In this document: positions 8,217 through 17,394 of the stretch, piece by piece
Layout: every line of letters starts with the position of its first letter
How positions within the stretch are numbered: position 1 is the first letter of the stretch
From: an uncultured Christensenellaceae bacterium
Lineage (GTDB): Bacteria; Bacillota; Clostridia; Christensenellales; CAG-1252
Reading direction: 5' to 3'
Assembly: GCA_964561145.1 (NCBI GenBank)
Contig: CAZLNZ010000004.1
Coordinates: 27,047 to 91,046 of the forward strand
Length of the DNA: 64,000 nt
Notes under the pieces: generated by a model
Seen by the model: only the letters and a program-made list of their open reading frames with translations
Told to the model about the DNA's origin: nothing
Database searches by the model: none
Position numbers and translations under genes: made by a program

Positions 8217-9275
8217 GTGAAGTTCGTAGTTGGAAAATGTAAGAAGCATGCTGTTTACAGAGTGTTTCAAGTAAATGAAAGAGGTAGTGTTGCCGATATT
8301 CTAGGTTGTTTCTCCTCTAAGGAAAAGCCTTGCGATACTAACTGTTTTTCAACAAAGCTTATTAGTAATAAGCCTTGTCCCATATGCGGTAATACCGTTC
8401 TAGGTGGTTGTAATCACTCAGCCAAGACCTGTTCGGGAAAGCTTTGCGATGGTTGTAGAACCTGCTCTGAAATAGCTATAGACAGCAGCTACTCTAGCTC
8501 TAATTCATTTTACGGTAACTATGTAGGAATGAACGATATTCCCGGTAAAAAAGATAAGTATAATAACTATCGAGGAAGTGACGGAGATCTCGGCAGAGAC
8601 GGTGCTTTTCAGGGAAAAACAGTAGTAGTTATTTGTTTGTATTCTCATGCTGCAGAGAATGCAGATACTATGAAAAAGAACATCTCTAAAGCTCTTCACG
8701 ATAAGGGCTTTAATGTGAACTTTTATTCATTAAAGGACCTTCCTGCTCCGCAAAAGCTCAAGGCTGTTCTATTGAGTGCCTGTCAATTGTGGTTGATTTC
8801 CGATTATCGTAGTCACTTAAGCAGCGAACATATAAAAGTGATAACAGACTTTTATAATTTTGGACACGGACTCTATTTATGGGGAGATAACGATCCATGG
8901 TTTAAAGATGTTAATATTATTATAAACAACCTTTTCGGCACAGAATTAAAAGGGAATTATCGAGGCGATAAGGTTATCGGTGTTCGGAAGGGAAAATTTG
9001 GCGGTGGTATAATAGCGGGTCATCCCATGAGCACAGGTATAGCAAATTTCTACGAAGGAATTTCAATATCCAGTATTATACCTCAAAAGGGGTTGAAACC
9101 ATTGGTTTATTCTTCCGATGGAAAAATTGTTTGTGCGTATTGTGATGATTATGGCAGAAGACTACTTGTAGATGGCGGTTTTACCAGATTGTATTGCAAG
9201 TGGGATTCAGCAGGCACGGACAGATATGTAAAAAATGCTGCGGTATGGCTTGCAAACGTGGAAAGGTTTAATTAA
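8217..9275 (+). CDS. Protein with the same Cys-rich N-terminal module, fused to a flavodoxin-like/GATase1-like (DUF4159/ThuA-like) domain
   Basis: N-terminus aligns with the 7284 protein (K.C.K...QV...ILG; L(V/I)S.KPCP.CG; C.TC.E(L/I)). C-terminus has an alternating beta-alpha pattern with LWLISDYRSHLSSEHIKVITDFYNFGHGLYLWGDND ... GHPM. GTG start with RBS AAGGAG. Confidence 0.55.
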   Translation: MKFVVGKCKKHAVYRVFQVNERGSVADILGCFSSKEKPCDTNCFSTKLISNKPCPICGNTVLGGCNHSAKTCSGKLCDGCRTCSEIAIDSSYSSSNSFYGNYVGMNDIPGKKDKYNNYRGSDGDLGRDGAFQGKTVVVICLYSHAAENADTMKKNISKALHDKGFNVNFYSLKDLPAPQKLKAVLLSACQLWLISDYRSHLSSEHIKVITDFYNFGHGLYLWGDNDPWFKDVNIIINNLFGTELKGNYRGDKVIGVRKGKFGGGIIAGHPMSTGIANFYEGISISSIIPQKGLKPLVYSSDGKIVCAYCDDYGRRLLVDGGFTRLYCKWDSAGTDRYVKNAAVWLANVERFN

Positions 9276-9347
9276 CGTTTTGAAATAAGAACCCATAACC
9301 ACATCTTTTAAAAAATTGAATGAGGGAAGACCTCATAACAAAACAAG

Positions 9348-9380
9348 AAAGGGCAATGGTTGTTCACTGTCCTTTTTGTT
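9348..9380. terminator. Hairpin plus T-run between convergent genes
   Basis: AAAGGGCA..TGTCCTTTTTG (one G-T wobble). Confidence 0.5.
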
Positions 9381-9388
9381 TATGTTTA

Positions 9389-9964
9389 TTATTTGGATAA
9401 CGGGATATCTATTATTTGTATTTGAATCGGTTTTTCAGAGGAGCATAAGATTGTTAGCGAGTTTTTAAAGGTACAATCTACGACTTTCGGCGGACAGGAA
9501 AGACTTATGCCGTAATCTCCTAACTCGAACTCGGTGTCTATTGTGAAATGTTCCCTTTTGACGTTTAGGTAAAAAAGATATCTAAAGAAGTTGTCAATTT
9601 TGCACGAGGCTTTTTCTTTTAAAGGTTTATTATTTTTGTTTACTATATATCGCTTGTCGAGGGATATTCCGTTTTGAGTGATATCGTTATGTCCGTCAAA
9701 ATTGAAAATTATTGATGCATCGTATTTCTGTGGAACTATTAAGGCAATGGAACCATCATTAACGGAAATAAGTTTTGCCGAAATATTGCCGTTAAAAAAA
9801 ACTATCTCATCTTGTGAAACCTTTTCATATTTTTGCAAAGGGATTCTGACATGCTTTTTATCTGTTGAGAAAAGTGTAACAAAAGGACGGATATCACTAT
9901 GCAGTAATACCTTATGTCCGTTAATTATACAAGCTAAAGCGTTTTCTCCTTCAATGATTTTCAT
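9389..9964 (-). CDS. Hypothetical protein (beta-rich, no recognised motif)
   Basis: Long ORF with RBS GAGGTG upstream and no competing ORF. Confidence 0.55.
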   Translation of the reverse strand: MKIIEGENALACIINGHKVLLHSDIRPFVTLFSTDKKHVRIPLQKYEKVSQDEIVFFNGNISAKLISVNDGSIALIVPQKYDASIIFNFDGHNDITQNGISLDKRYIVNKNNKPLKEKASCKIDNFFRYLFYLNVKREHFTIDTEFELGDYGISLSCPPKVVDCTFKNSLTILCSSEKPIQIQIIDIPLSK

Positions 9965-10112
9965 AAATTCACCTCAATCATTATAATGCAAATTACTTAT
10001 TGTGTCAAGGGGAGAGTTGAACGGGGCTGAATTTAGGCATTACAATATTTATTATTGAAATACTATGTGGATTATGATATAATCTTATATATCAACTGTT
10101 AGGAGTATGATT

Positions 10113-10433
10113 ATGGTTTTAGGCGAACGAGTAAGTATAAAGATCGATCATCGAAAGGGCAGTATTGACGAAAACGGATTATACTATCCGATAAATGTCG
10201 GATACATTGAAGATTCTTATGGTCGAGTTGCAATACGGAAGGTATATCTATTAGGCGTCTTTGATCCTGTGGACGAGTATGATGGGGAATTTGTGGCATA
10301 TATTCGTTCGCGTGGCGAAGAAGATAGGATTGTATGTCAAGCTTTCGGAGCAAGTTACAGTGATGATCAGATAGAGGAAGAGATATCTTTTGCAGAAAAG
10401 TATGTAGCAATTGTGAGACCTGTAGGCTTATAG
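10113..10433 (+). CDS. Small inorganic-pyrophosphatase-like protein
   Basis: The pattern YPINVGYIE...YLLGV..PV.E..G..VA.I.R..EEDR resembles the ~110-aa 'inorganic pyrophosphatase' family of Firmicutes. I prefer the ATG at 10113 because of its spacing from the GGAG RBS. Confidence 0.4.
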   Translation: MVLGERVSIKIDHRKGSIDENGLYYPINVGYIEDSYGRVAIRKVYLLGVFDPVDEYDGEFVAYIRSRGEEDRIVCQAFGASYSDDQIEEEISFAEKYVAIVRPVGL

Positions 10434-10472
10434 GCAATTATATTCTTACAAATCTTCGGATAAACTTGTAAT

Positions 10473-10512
10473 AAAAAACCTTCGTTGGGATATGTCAAAC
10501 GAAGGTTTTTGT
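10473..10512. terminator. Bidirectional intrinsic terminator
   Basis: AAAAAACCTTCGTT-loop-AACGAAGGTTTTTG between convergent genes. Confidence 0.8.
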
Positions 10513-10514
10513 TT

Positions 10515-11732
10515 TTAAAGTGAATTATTTTCGGGTATTTCGATGGTTATATCTGTAAGAGGGAAACAGGCACAAGGGTGAATAAAGGAGTTTTCCTTAT
10601 CAGCCAGTCTTCTTCCATCGGTTGAGGGCGGAGTATACACCTCGCCTTCAAGAAGTTTTGAGCGGCACCAGCCGCAAACACCGCTTTTACATCTTGACGG
10701 AGGCGCAATACCGAGTTGCTCTAGTGAGGACAAGAGTGTACGATCAGACTTAACTAAATAGGTTTGTTTTTCTCCGTGAAGAATTATGGTAACATTAACT
10801 TGTTGTTCTTGTATTCTTCCGACTAGCTCTCCCTCCTTCTCAGGAGTTAAAGCATATTCTCCGAAAATCTCGAAGCGTATGAATTTTCTTCTTATATTAA
10901 GTTTTTCAAGTTCCTTCTCTTCGTATCGGTATAAGCCTTGAGGTCCGCATAGGAACACTGAGTATTCTGTCTTCCGCGGTGCATATTTTTTAATAAGCTC
11001 TGCGGAAATAAAGCCTTTTTCACCTCCTTCGATATCGTCTTGCTCTAATACATATACAACTTTAACTTTGTCGGTTTGGCATTGGATTTTATCGAAGTCA
11101 TCTTTGAAGAGTATATCGTTCTTGGATTTATTGCCGTAGAGGAGAATAAGCTTAACATCTTCGTCCCCTTCTGCGATACTTTTTGCAAGGGAGTGGAAGG
11201 GAGTTATTCCGCTTCCGCCTGCTATACCGATAATTGTATTAGCATCACGAAGTCTCTCAAAGGTAAAGTTCCCGAGTGGTGCGGATACCTCGATTTCGCT
11301 GCCTATATCCCAGTTATCCAATACATAATTTGAAACCAGATTATGGTCATTTCTCTTTATTGTAATCTTGTATTTTCCTTCCAAAGCCTCCTTTGGTGAG
11401 GAGGATAGAGAGAACGGTCTAGTGAAAAGCTTATTATTGATTCTTACGTTAACGGATATATACTGTCCGGCACTGAAGTAAGCAAGCTTTCTAGTACCCT
11501 TTAGAATGTTAGGAATAAGAGTGAAGGTTTTAACATTAGTGTTTTCCTCTTCGATTTTACTTATTTTAAGATGTTGTGTTAGAGGATGGAGTTCTTTTGC
11601 CAAAAGGTTTGGTTTGTATGTTGAAGGGGTCTTCACGCTTTTATCCAGAGTACCTTTGATAATCTTTTTTCTAGTGAAAATATTATTTATGACTTTCAGT
11701 CTTGAAATCTTTTTGATATCGGATTTTGCCAT
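10515..11732 (-). CDS. Ferredoxin-NAD(P) reductase-like flavoprotein with a C-terminal plant-type [2Fe-2S] domain
   Basis: FAD motif RPFSLSS, NAD motif GIAGGSGITP, and C-terminal CKSGVCGWC...C. The start codon follows the upstream gene's stop codon directly, with no gap. Confidence 0.8.
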   Translation of the reverse strand: MAKSDIKKISRLKVINNIFTRKKIIKGTLDKSVKTPSTYKPNLLAKELHPLTQHLKISKIEEENTNVKTFTLIPNILKGTRKLAYFSAGQYISVNVRINNKLFTRPFSLSSSPKEALEGKYKITIKRNDHNLVSNYVLDNWDIGSEIEVSAPLGNFTFERLRDANTIIGIAGGSGITPFHSLAKSIAEGDEDVKLILLYGNKSKNDILFKDDFDKIQCQTDKVKVVYVLEQDDIEGGEKGFISAELIKKYAPRKTEYSVFLCGPQGLYRYEEKELEKLNIRRKFIRFEIFGEYALTPEKEGELVGRIQEQQVNVTIILHGEKQTYLVKSDRTLLSSLEQLGIAPPSRCKSGVCGWCRSKLLEGEVYTPPSTDGRRLADKENSFIHPCACFPLTDITIEIPENNSL

Positions 11733-13241
11733 TTACTTGCCCTCCTTTAGCTCTTGAATGACCGCTGTAGCTGCCTCTTTCCCTGAGGAATAGGAGCAAG
11801 AGAAACCGTCACCCTTACTTTGGTGGCCACCGCAGAAATGTAAATTTTTGATTTTTTGCTCAGAAAAGGCACAAATTGTTCGATTTATTATGTTATCCCA
11901 GTCTGATACCTTGTAGCCATATACTTCTCCCATTGGTGTTCCAAGGTACCTTGCAAAGGTTACTGGTGTTGCAATTGAAATTTCTTCAATATGTGAGATT
12001 ACGTCTATACCGACTGTTTCGGCGTAGTCTCTAATATATTTCTCGGCAAGGTCGTTTTTATATTCTTTATACTTGTCTGCAGTAAGTGAATTGGGAATAT
12101 CCTCTCCCAGAAGAGGAATGGTAAAGAAAAGGGTACAGGTACCTTCGGGGGAAGCGTCCTCGACGACATTTTCAAGACAGTTAACGACATAGGCTCCCAT
12201 ATTTGTCCGATTATCGTATTGAACACGAGGATTTCCGTCTTTAAAGATGAAAAGACTGTAATCCTCGATCCCGAGTTCTTCACGTGAAGCATCCAACCCG
12301 AGATAAATTGTTAAGAAGGAAATGCCGAACTCTCTGGCATTTGCGAGCTTGATATTATATTCGGGCACTTTGTCGCTTAGTTCATAAACGACATCGGGCA
12401 TTATATTTGCGATAACTTTTTTAGCGTATATTTTTTGTCCCGACGCCTCAACACCTATACACTCTCCTTTTTTTCCATAAAGAAATTTTGTAACCGGAGT
12501 ATTATAAAATGCCTCGCCACCAAATCTTTCGAAGGATTTATCCAGCTCAACCGAGAGTGCGAAAGATTTGTTCCTAGGCATGGCAATAGGCGAAGCAACA
12601 TAGCTGCCCAAAAGGGTGAGAAAGTGCGTTGCGCATAGCTCATCGGTAGGCACGCCCAAATATGCCCAGTAGGTGCACAGAATTTGCTTAGCTTTTTCGG
12701 GAATATTCAGTTCGTTCATTATTGCTTCGGTGCTCGTACCGCTTGCTCTGAGAAAATCCCCATACTTAGTGATGAGCTTCATCGGATTAATCTTTCCTCC
12801 ACATTCATCCATATACTTGAGGGTATCAAAGATGTTATGAATGATCTTGAAAAGCTTTGTTACGCTTTCCCGAGAGCCCGGAACCTCGTCTTCTATTGCT
12901 TGAATAAAATTATTTTCTCCGGTAGGGAGTTTTACATCAAAGCCATCGTCACCCTTGCAAATCACTCTATAGGCATACTCGTCAAAACGCCAATCAATGT
13001 TAATCCCGAAATCGGCAAACATTTTTGTAAGATTGTCCGTATTGTCCAAAGTAATTCCCGATAGTTCATGAAGGGATGCCTCGAATTCAAAGCGTCCTCT
13101 GACAAAAGAGGTCGCACAGCCACCCGGAAGATTGTGTTTTTCAAAAAGGGCGGTTGAAAGACCTGCTTTTGCACATTGGTTAGCGGCAACAAGACCTCCG
13201 TTGCCTGCACCTACTACAATAACATCATAATTATTTTTCAT
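11733..13241 (-). CDS. CrtI/phytoene-desaturase-family FAD-dependent oxidoreductase
   Basis: N-terminal YDVIVVGAGNGGLVAA...E....GG and a length of ~500 aa, typical of the CrtI-like family. Confidence 0.75.
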   Translation of the reverse strand: MKNNYDVIVVGAGNGGLVAANQCAKAGLSTALFEKHNLPGGCATSFVRGRFEFEASLHELSGITLDNTDNLTKMFADFGINIDWRFDEYAYRVICKGDDGFDVKLPTGENNFIQAIEDEVPGSRESVTKLFKIIHNIFDTLKYMDECGGKINPMKLITKYGDFLRASGTSTEAIMNELNIPEKAKQILCTYWAYLGVPTDELCATHFLTLLGSYVASPIAMPRNKSFALSVELDKSFERFGGEAFYNTPVTKFLYGKKGECIGVEASGQKIYAKKVIANIMPDVVYELSDKVPEYNIKLANAREFGISFLTIYLGLDASREELGIEDYSLFIFKDGNPRVQYDNRTNMGAYVVNCLENVVEDASPEGTCTLFFTIPLLGEDIPNSLTADKYKEYKNDLAEKYIRDYAETVGIDVISHIEEISIATPVTFARYLGTPMGEVYGYKVSDWDNIINRTICAFSEQKIKNLHFCGGHQSKGDGFSCSYSSGKEAATAVIQELKEGK

Positions 13242-13367
13242 AAATACTCCACATCGAAATTAGCTTAAAGCCGATACAATTTTAAAATATATATAGGCGA
13301 AAGTCAATAGGCATTTTCTTTTTCGTCAAAAAAAGAACTTGTACGCGGAAAATCAAAGGATAAGCTA

Positions 13368-13396
13368 TTGACTTGGCATTTCAAAAATGTTAGAAT
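13368..13396 (+). promoter_or_regulatory. Sigma-70-type promoter upstream of the YbjN-like gene
   Basis: TTGACT, 17 nt, TAGAAT. Confidence 0.5.
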
Positions 13397-13429
13397 AATA
13401 AAAAATATACTATTAAGGAGTATTGTGAA

Positions 13430-13831
13430 ATGTTTAATACAACTCAAAACTTTATCAACGAATTGAACGCAAGGGAACTTACTTATAACTTTAATGAAAA
13501 CGGCAACAATGAGCTTGTTTCCATTGGTTTTGACAAATTCACGCTTCTGTGCATCTTTAGCGGAGAGAAGGGTGAGTATTTCACCATTTTCACCAGCTAT
13601 GCCCACTGTGAAAAGGATAAGTCCTTGGATGTTATCATTGCACTAAATCAACTCAACGCAACTTATAAGTGGACAAAGTTCTATCTTGATAAAGATAACG
13701 ATATCATCATTGATACCGATGCAATCATCGATGAGGAAACAAGCGGCGACGAATGCTTTGAGTTAGTTGCTCGTTTTGTAAACATCATCAAGGAAGCCAA
13801 CAACGATATCATGCGTGCTATTTACGCATAA
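13430..13831 (+). CDS. YbjN-like (type III secretion chaperone-fold) small acidic protein
   Basis: 133 aa. Pattern of N-terminal helix, beta-sheet and C-terminal helix, with ..F.I....Y.....D.D.....I..D.. as in the YbjN family. RBS AAGGAG. Confidence 0.5.
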   Translation: MFNTTQNFINELNARELTYNFNENGNNELVSIGFDKFTLLCIFSGEKGEYFTIFTSYAHCEKDKSLDVIIALNQLNATYKWTKFYLDKDNDIIIDTDAIIDEETSGDECFELVARFVNIIKEANNDIMRAIYA

Positions 13832-13922
13832 TAGAGGTATTGGTTGACAACAAAAGCTTTAATTATTAAGTCAAGATCCTCTTTGATGGGGGATTTTGAC
13901 TTTTTACAAAAATACAAGGATA

Positions 13923-16900
13923 ATGAAATTATATAAGTTAACTTTTTTCCCGTTATTTAGTAAAGATTTTAAAGATGCCTCTCTTGGTATATGGACTCAT
14001 TTAAAGGAACTTATCGAGGGCAATTCTTCTTGCGGACTTGTTGATTGGAATGGTGGTTCAAGGAACGCAATTTGTCTTGTTGCTTCAGGGTTAACGCAAA
14101 AGGAAATTTCTTCTCTCGTCTTGGGATACATTGCGGAAACCGATGATAAAAACCAATTCGGTATTACAGTCAAAGCGGAAATACTTAGCAAGGAAGACAT
14201 TGAAAAACTTAAGGCGGAAAACGAACGCTACGTAAATGACGAGCGTATCAATTCTTGTCTCGAGGAAACCGATGTTAATAGTATTGAAAAGCTCGATACT
14301 ACGGAAACCTTAGCTTCCTATAGTGATTCTGACAAGTCGGAGGATAAGGCACCTGATGAAAACAAAGAGTCTACCGATTCGACTAATGATAATAATATGT
14401 CGGTTGAGCCTTCTTCGATTGGTACCAATAAGCCGCTCCATGGTTTCAGTATGAGTGGTAAAGCCTCATTGAAGAAAAATGAAGAGGATAACGTAGAGCA
14501 AAATCCTCCAAAGCCTGAAACTCTGTCCGAGCTTATTAAGACGATTGTCGATTTGAAGAACTATCTATTAACAAATGTTAAGGGACAAAGACATGCAATC
14601 GATGTTTTTACTCAAGGAATATTTGAAACGGAAGCTTTTACCTCTCATAATTCGAAAAGAAAGGGTGTCGAAGCACTGTTTTTGTTTGCCGGACCTTCCG
14701 GTGTCGGTAAAACCTATTTGGCTGAGTTAAGTAAAGACGTTTTGGCAAGACCCTTCTTAAGAGTTGATATGAGCGAATTTAGTGATAATCTCGCAAATAT
14801 GAATTTCAACGGAGAGCATGGCAGCAAGAATATGGTAACGGGTTTTGTTAATAAGAATCCTAAGTCGATTATACTTTTCGATGAGATCGAAAAGGCACAT
14901 ATTAATACCATATATTTGTTCTTGCAACTTCTCGATGCGGGGCGGTTGTTTGACTATAAACTCAACAAGGAAATATCTTTTAAGGACGTTATCGTTATTA
15001 TTACAACAAATGTCGGAAAGAGCTTATATGAAGATCCAACCAGATTCGATTTGTCTACAATTCCTTCGAGTACTGTCCTTGATGCACTCTCAAAGGAGGT
15101 CAATCCTCAGAATAACTCTGAAGCCTTCCCCAAGTGTATAGTAACAAGAATGGCAAACGGAAACGTCATTCTTTTCAATCACTTGGAGCCATATGCGCTT
15201 CGTTCTATAATTGAAAGAGAGATAGCAACACAATTTGAGATATTTGAAAAAGCTTACGGAGTTACTATTGAGTATAATCCGGAACACTTGAGTGCTTTAG
15301 TTCTATATAAAGGTGGTGGTTTCTCTGACGCAAGGACCTTAAGGGGTATGGCTAGAGGAATGGTTAGTAAAGAGCTGCACGATGTAATCAATCAAGTTTT
15401 TGTCAAAAAGGGCAACATTACAGATATCAGAAAGATTAAGTTTATCGTTGAGCCGATGAAGTTTGATGAAGAGATTAAGAGCTTATTCTCTGTTACTAAG
15501 AAGTTGCGTGTTTTGGTTTTTGCTGCCGAGGAGGACGAGTCGGTCATTAGAGAAGGAGCCCCTGACAATATCGAACTTGTTTTTGCACAAGACTTAAATG
15601 ACCTTAAGAAGAAGATCAGAGGGGTTTCGGATTATGTTCTTCTCGATGTCTGCAGAGGCTATGTAAAAGGTGCAAGAATTCCTTCGGATATAGAGGATTT
15701 AGAAACCGAAGGAACTGAAGCATTCCATTATATCCAAGAGTTTTATCCCGAGATTCCCATTGAGCTTCTCAATACAAGGAATGGAAGCGAGGATACCTTC
15801 GCAACACTATTAGGTAAGGGTGCAAGAGGTGTTATCAAGCTGAGAAAGGGAAGAGCCTTTAGACGTGATTTGGAAGAGCTCACTTTTGCAGCCTTGGTTA
15901 ACAACGGAACTTTTGAATTAGCAAGGGCAGGAAAGGTGTTATCCTATAACTGTGCTCAATATGTTTCAAAAAATACAGTTACCATTTCCTTTAATCGTTT
16001 AAAACTGATTCCCGCTCCCAGTGCGGAGGATTCTCAGCATATAAGAAAGAGCGGACAGGATATCACTTTCAAGGATGTATCCGGTTGTAGTGAGGCAAAG
16101 AAGACCTTGATGGAATTTGCAGGGTATCTTGATAATCCTCGTGAAATGGCAATGAAGGGAAAGAGAATGCCAAAGGGCGTATTGCTTTACGGACCTCCGG
16201 GAACGGGCAAAACCTTACTTGCAAAAGCAATGGCAAACGAGTGCAAGGCGACATTTATTCCAACAACGGCGACAGCATTTTTTAATCCATATGTCGGTGT
16301 AAGTGAGCAGAACGTTAGGGATGTTTTCCAAAGAGCAAGAAGATATGCTCCGTCAATAGTTTTTATTGACGAGGTAGATGCAATCGGAAGGAACAGAACA
16401 GGAGCATCAAATTCTTCTCATGTGGAGTCTGTGTTGAATGCGTTTATTGCAGAAATGGACGGATTTATCGTAGATGAGAAGCGTCCTGTATTTATTCTTG
16501 CCGCAACCAACTATGAGATTAACGGACCGGGCGAACGAGTTTTAGATAAAGCTTTCGTAAGAAGATTTGACAGAGCGATTTTTGTAGATCTTCCCAATGA
16601 AGAAGAGAGGGCGGAACTCTTGTCGAAGAAACTTGCAAAACATGGTATAGTAGGTTTTGATAATGCATTGAAGAGCCTTGCGGAAAGGTCGGGCGGAATG
16701 AGTTGCGCCGAACTTGAGATGATGATAGAGTTCGCTTTAAGAATGGCGGGTGATAATGAACTTAATGAACAAATGTTGATTGAATCACTGGATGCCTACC
16801 GTTACGGAGAAGAGAAGGAGTTTGAGCCGGATAATCTTCGTCAAACGGCTTGTCACGAAGCAGGTCATGCATTGTTGAATTGGTTGTCGGGTGATATACC

Positions 16901-17354
16901 CACCTATCTAACGATAGTGTCGAGAGGTAATTTTGGCGGCTATATGCAAAGAGCAGAAGATAAGAGAGGCACTTTATCACGTAAGGACATATTGTCAAGA
17001 CTACGTTGTTCATTAGCGGGTAGAGGCGCAGAATGTGTTGTTTACGGAGATGGTGGAATAAACACCGGGGCTTCTTCGGATTTAGAGCATGCCAGATTCT
17101 ATATTGACTTGTATTTTAGAGATTTTGCGATGGGTGACAATCTATATGCGAAAACAGAAGATGCCGATTTAGAGAAAGCAATCAAAGCCGAATACGATAA
17201 CACCTTGCGTCTAATCGAGGCTAATCTAGACGTTCTCAACGAATTAACCGATTGTCTTGTTGAAGAGAAGTGCATGGATGAAAAACGTTTGAGTGAATTC
17301 TTCGGAAGTAAAACACCGATCCTTCCGGAGCTTATAGACATTCAGACAATATAA
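13923..17354 (+). CDS. Soluble multidomain AAA+ protease: N-terminal domain, acidic linker, ClpB-D2-like AAA+, receiver-like domain, FtsH-like AAA+, M41 metalloprotease
   Basis: First ATPase: GPSGVGKT, IILFDEIEKAH, ITTN. Second ATPase: GPPGTGKTLLAKA, IVFIDEVDA, pore-loop YVG. Protease: HEAGHAL and GASSDLEHA. No TM segments. I prefer the ATG at 13923 (AGGA upstream) over the TTG at 13896. Confidence 0.85.
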   Translation: MKLYKLTFFPLFSKDFKDASLGIWTHLKELIEGNSSCGLVDWNGGSRNAICLVASGLTQKEISSLVLGYIAETDDKNQFGITVKAEILSKEDIEKLKAENERYVNDERINSCLEETDVNSIEKLDTTETLASYSDSDKSEDKAPDENKESTDSTNDNNMSVEPSSIGTNKPLHGFSMSGKASLKKNEEDNVEQNPPKPETLSELIKTIVDLKNYLLTNVKGQRHAIDVFTQGIFETEAFTSHNSKRKGVEALFLFAGPSGVGKTYLAELSKDVLARPFLRVDMSEFSDNLANMNFNGEHGSKNMVTGFVNKNPKSIILFDEIEKAHINTIYLFLQLLDAGRLFDYKLNKEISFKDVIVIITTNVGKSLYEDPTRFDLSTIPSSTVLDALSKEVNPQNNSEAFPKCIVTRMANGNVILFNHLEPYALRSIIEREIATQFEIFEKAYGVTIEYNPEHLSALVLYKGGGFSDARTLRGMARGMVSKELHDVINQVFVKKGNITDIRKIKFIVEPMKFDEEIKSLFSVTKKLRVLVFAAEEDESVIREGAPDNIELVFAQDLNDLKKKIRGVSDYVLLDVCRGYVKGARIPSDIEDLETEGTEAFHYIQEFYPEIPIELLNTRNGSEDTFATLLGKGARGVIKLRKGRAFRRDLEELTFAALVNNGTFELARAGKVLSYNCAQYVSKNTVTISFNRLKLIPAPSAEDSQHIRKSGQDITFKDVSGCSEAKKTLMEFAGYLDNPREMAMKGKRMPKGVLLYGPPGTGKTLLAKAMANECKATFIPTTATAFFNPYVGVSEQNVRDVFQRARRYAPSIVFIDEVDAIGRNRTGASNSSHVESVLNAFIAEMDGFIVDEKRPVFILAATNYEINGPGERVLDKAFVRRFDRAIFVDLPNEEERAELLSKKLAKHGIVGFDNALKSLAERSGGMSCAELEMMIEFALRMAGDNELNEQMLIESLDAYRYGEEKEFEPDNLRQTACHEAGHALLNWLSGDIPTYLTIVSRGNFGGYMQRAEDKRGTLSRKDILSRLRCSLAGRGAECVVYGDGGINTGASSDLEHARFYIDLYFRDFAMGDNLYAKTEDADLEKAIKAEYDNTLRLIEANLDVLNELTDCLVEEKCMDEKRLSEFFGSKTPILPELIDIQTI

Positions 17355-17361
17355 AAAAAAT

Positions 17362-17387
17362 AGGGCTTCAACTCGAAGCCCTTTTTG
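17362..17387 (+). terminator. Intrinsic terminator after the AAA+ protease gene
   Basis: AGGGCTTC-aactc-GAAGCCCTTTTT. Confidence 0.75.
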
Positions 17388-17394
17388 AAAGAAA

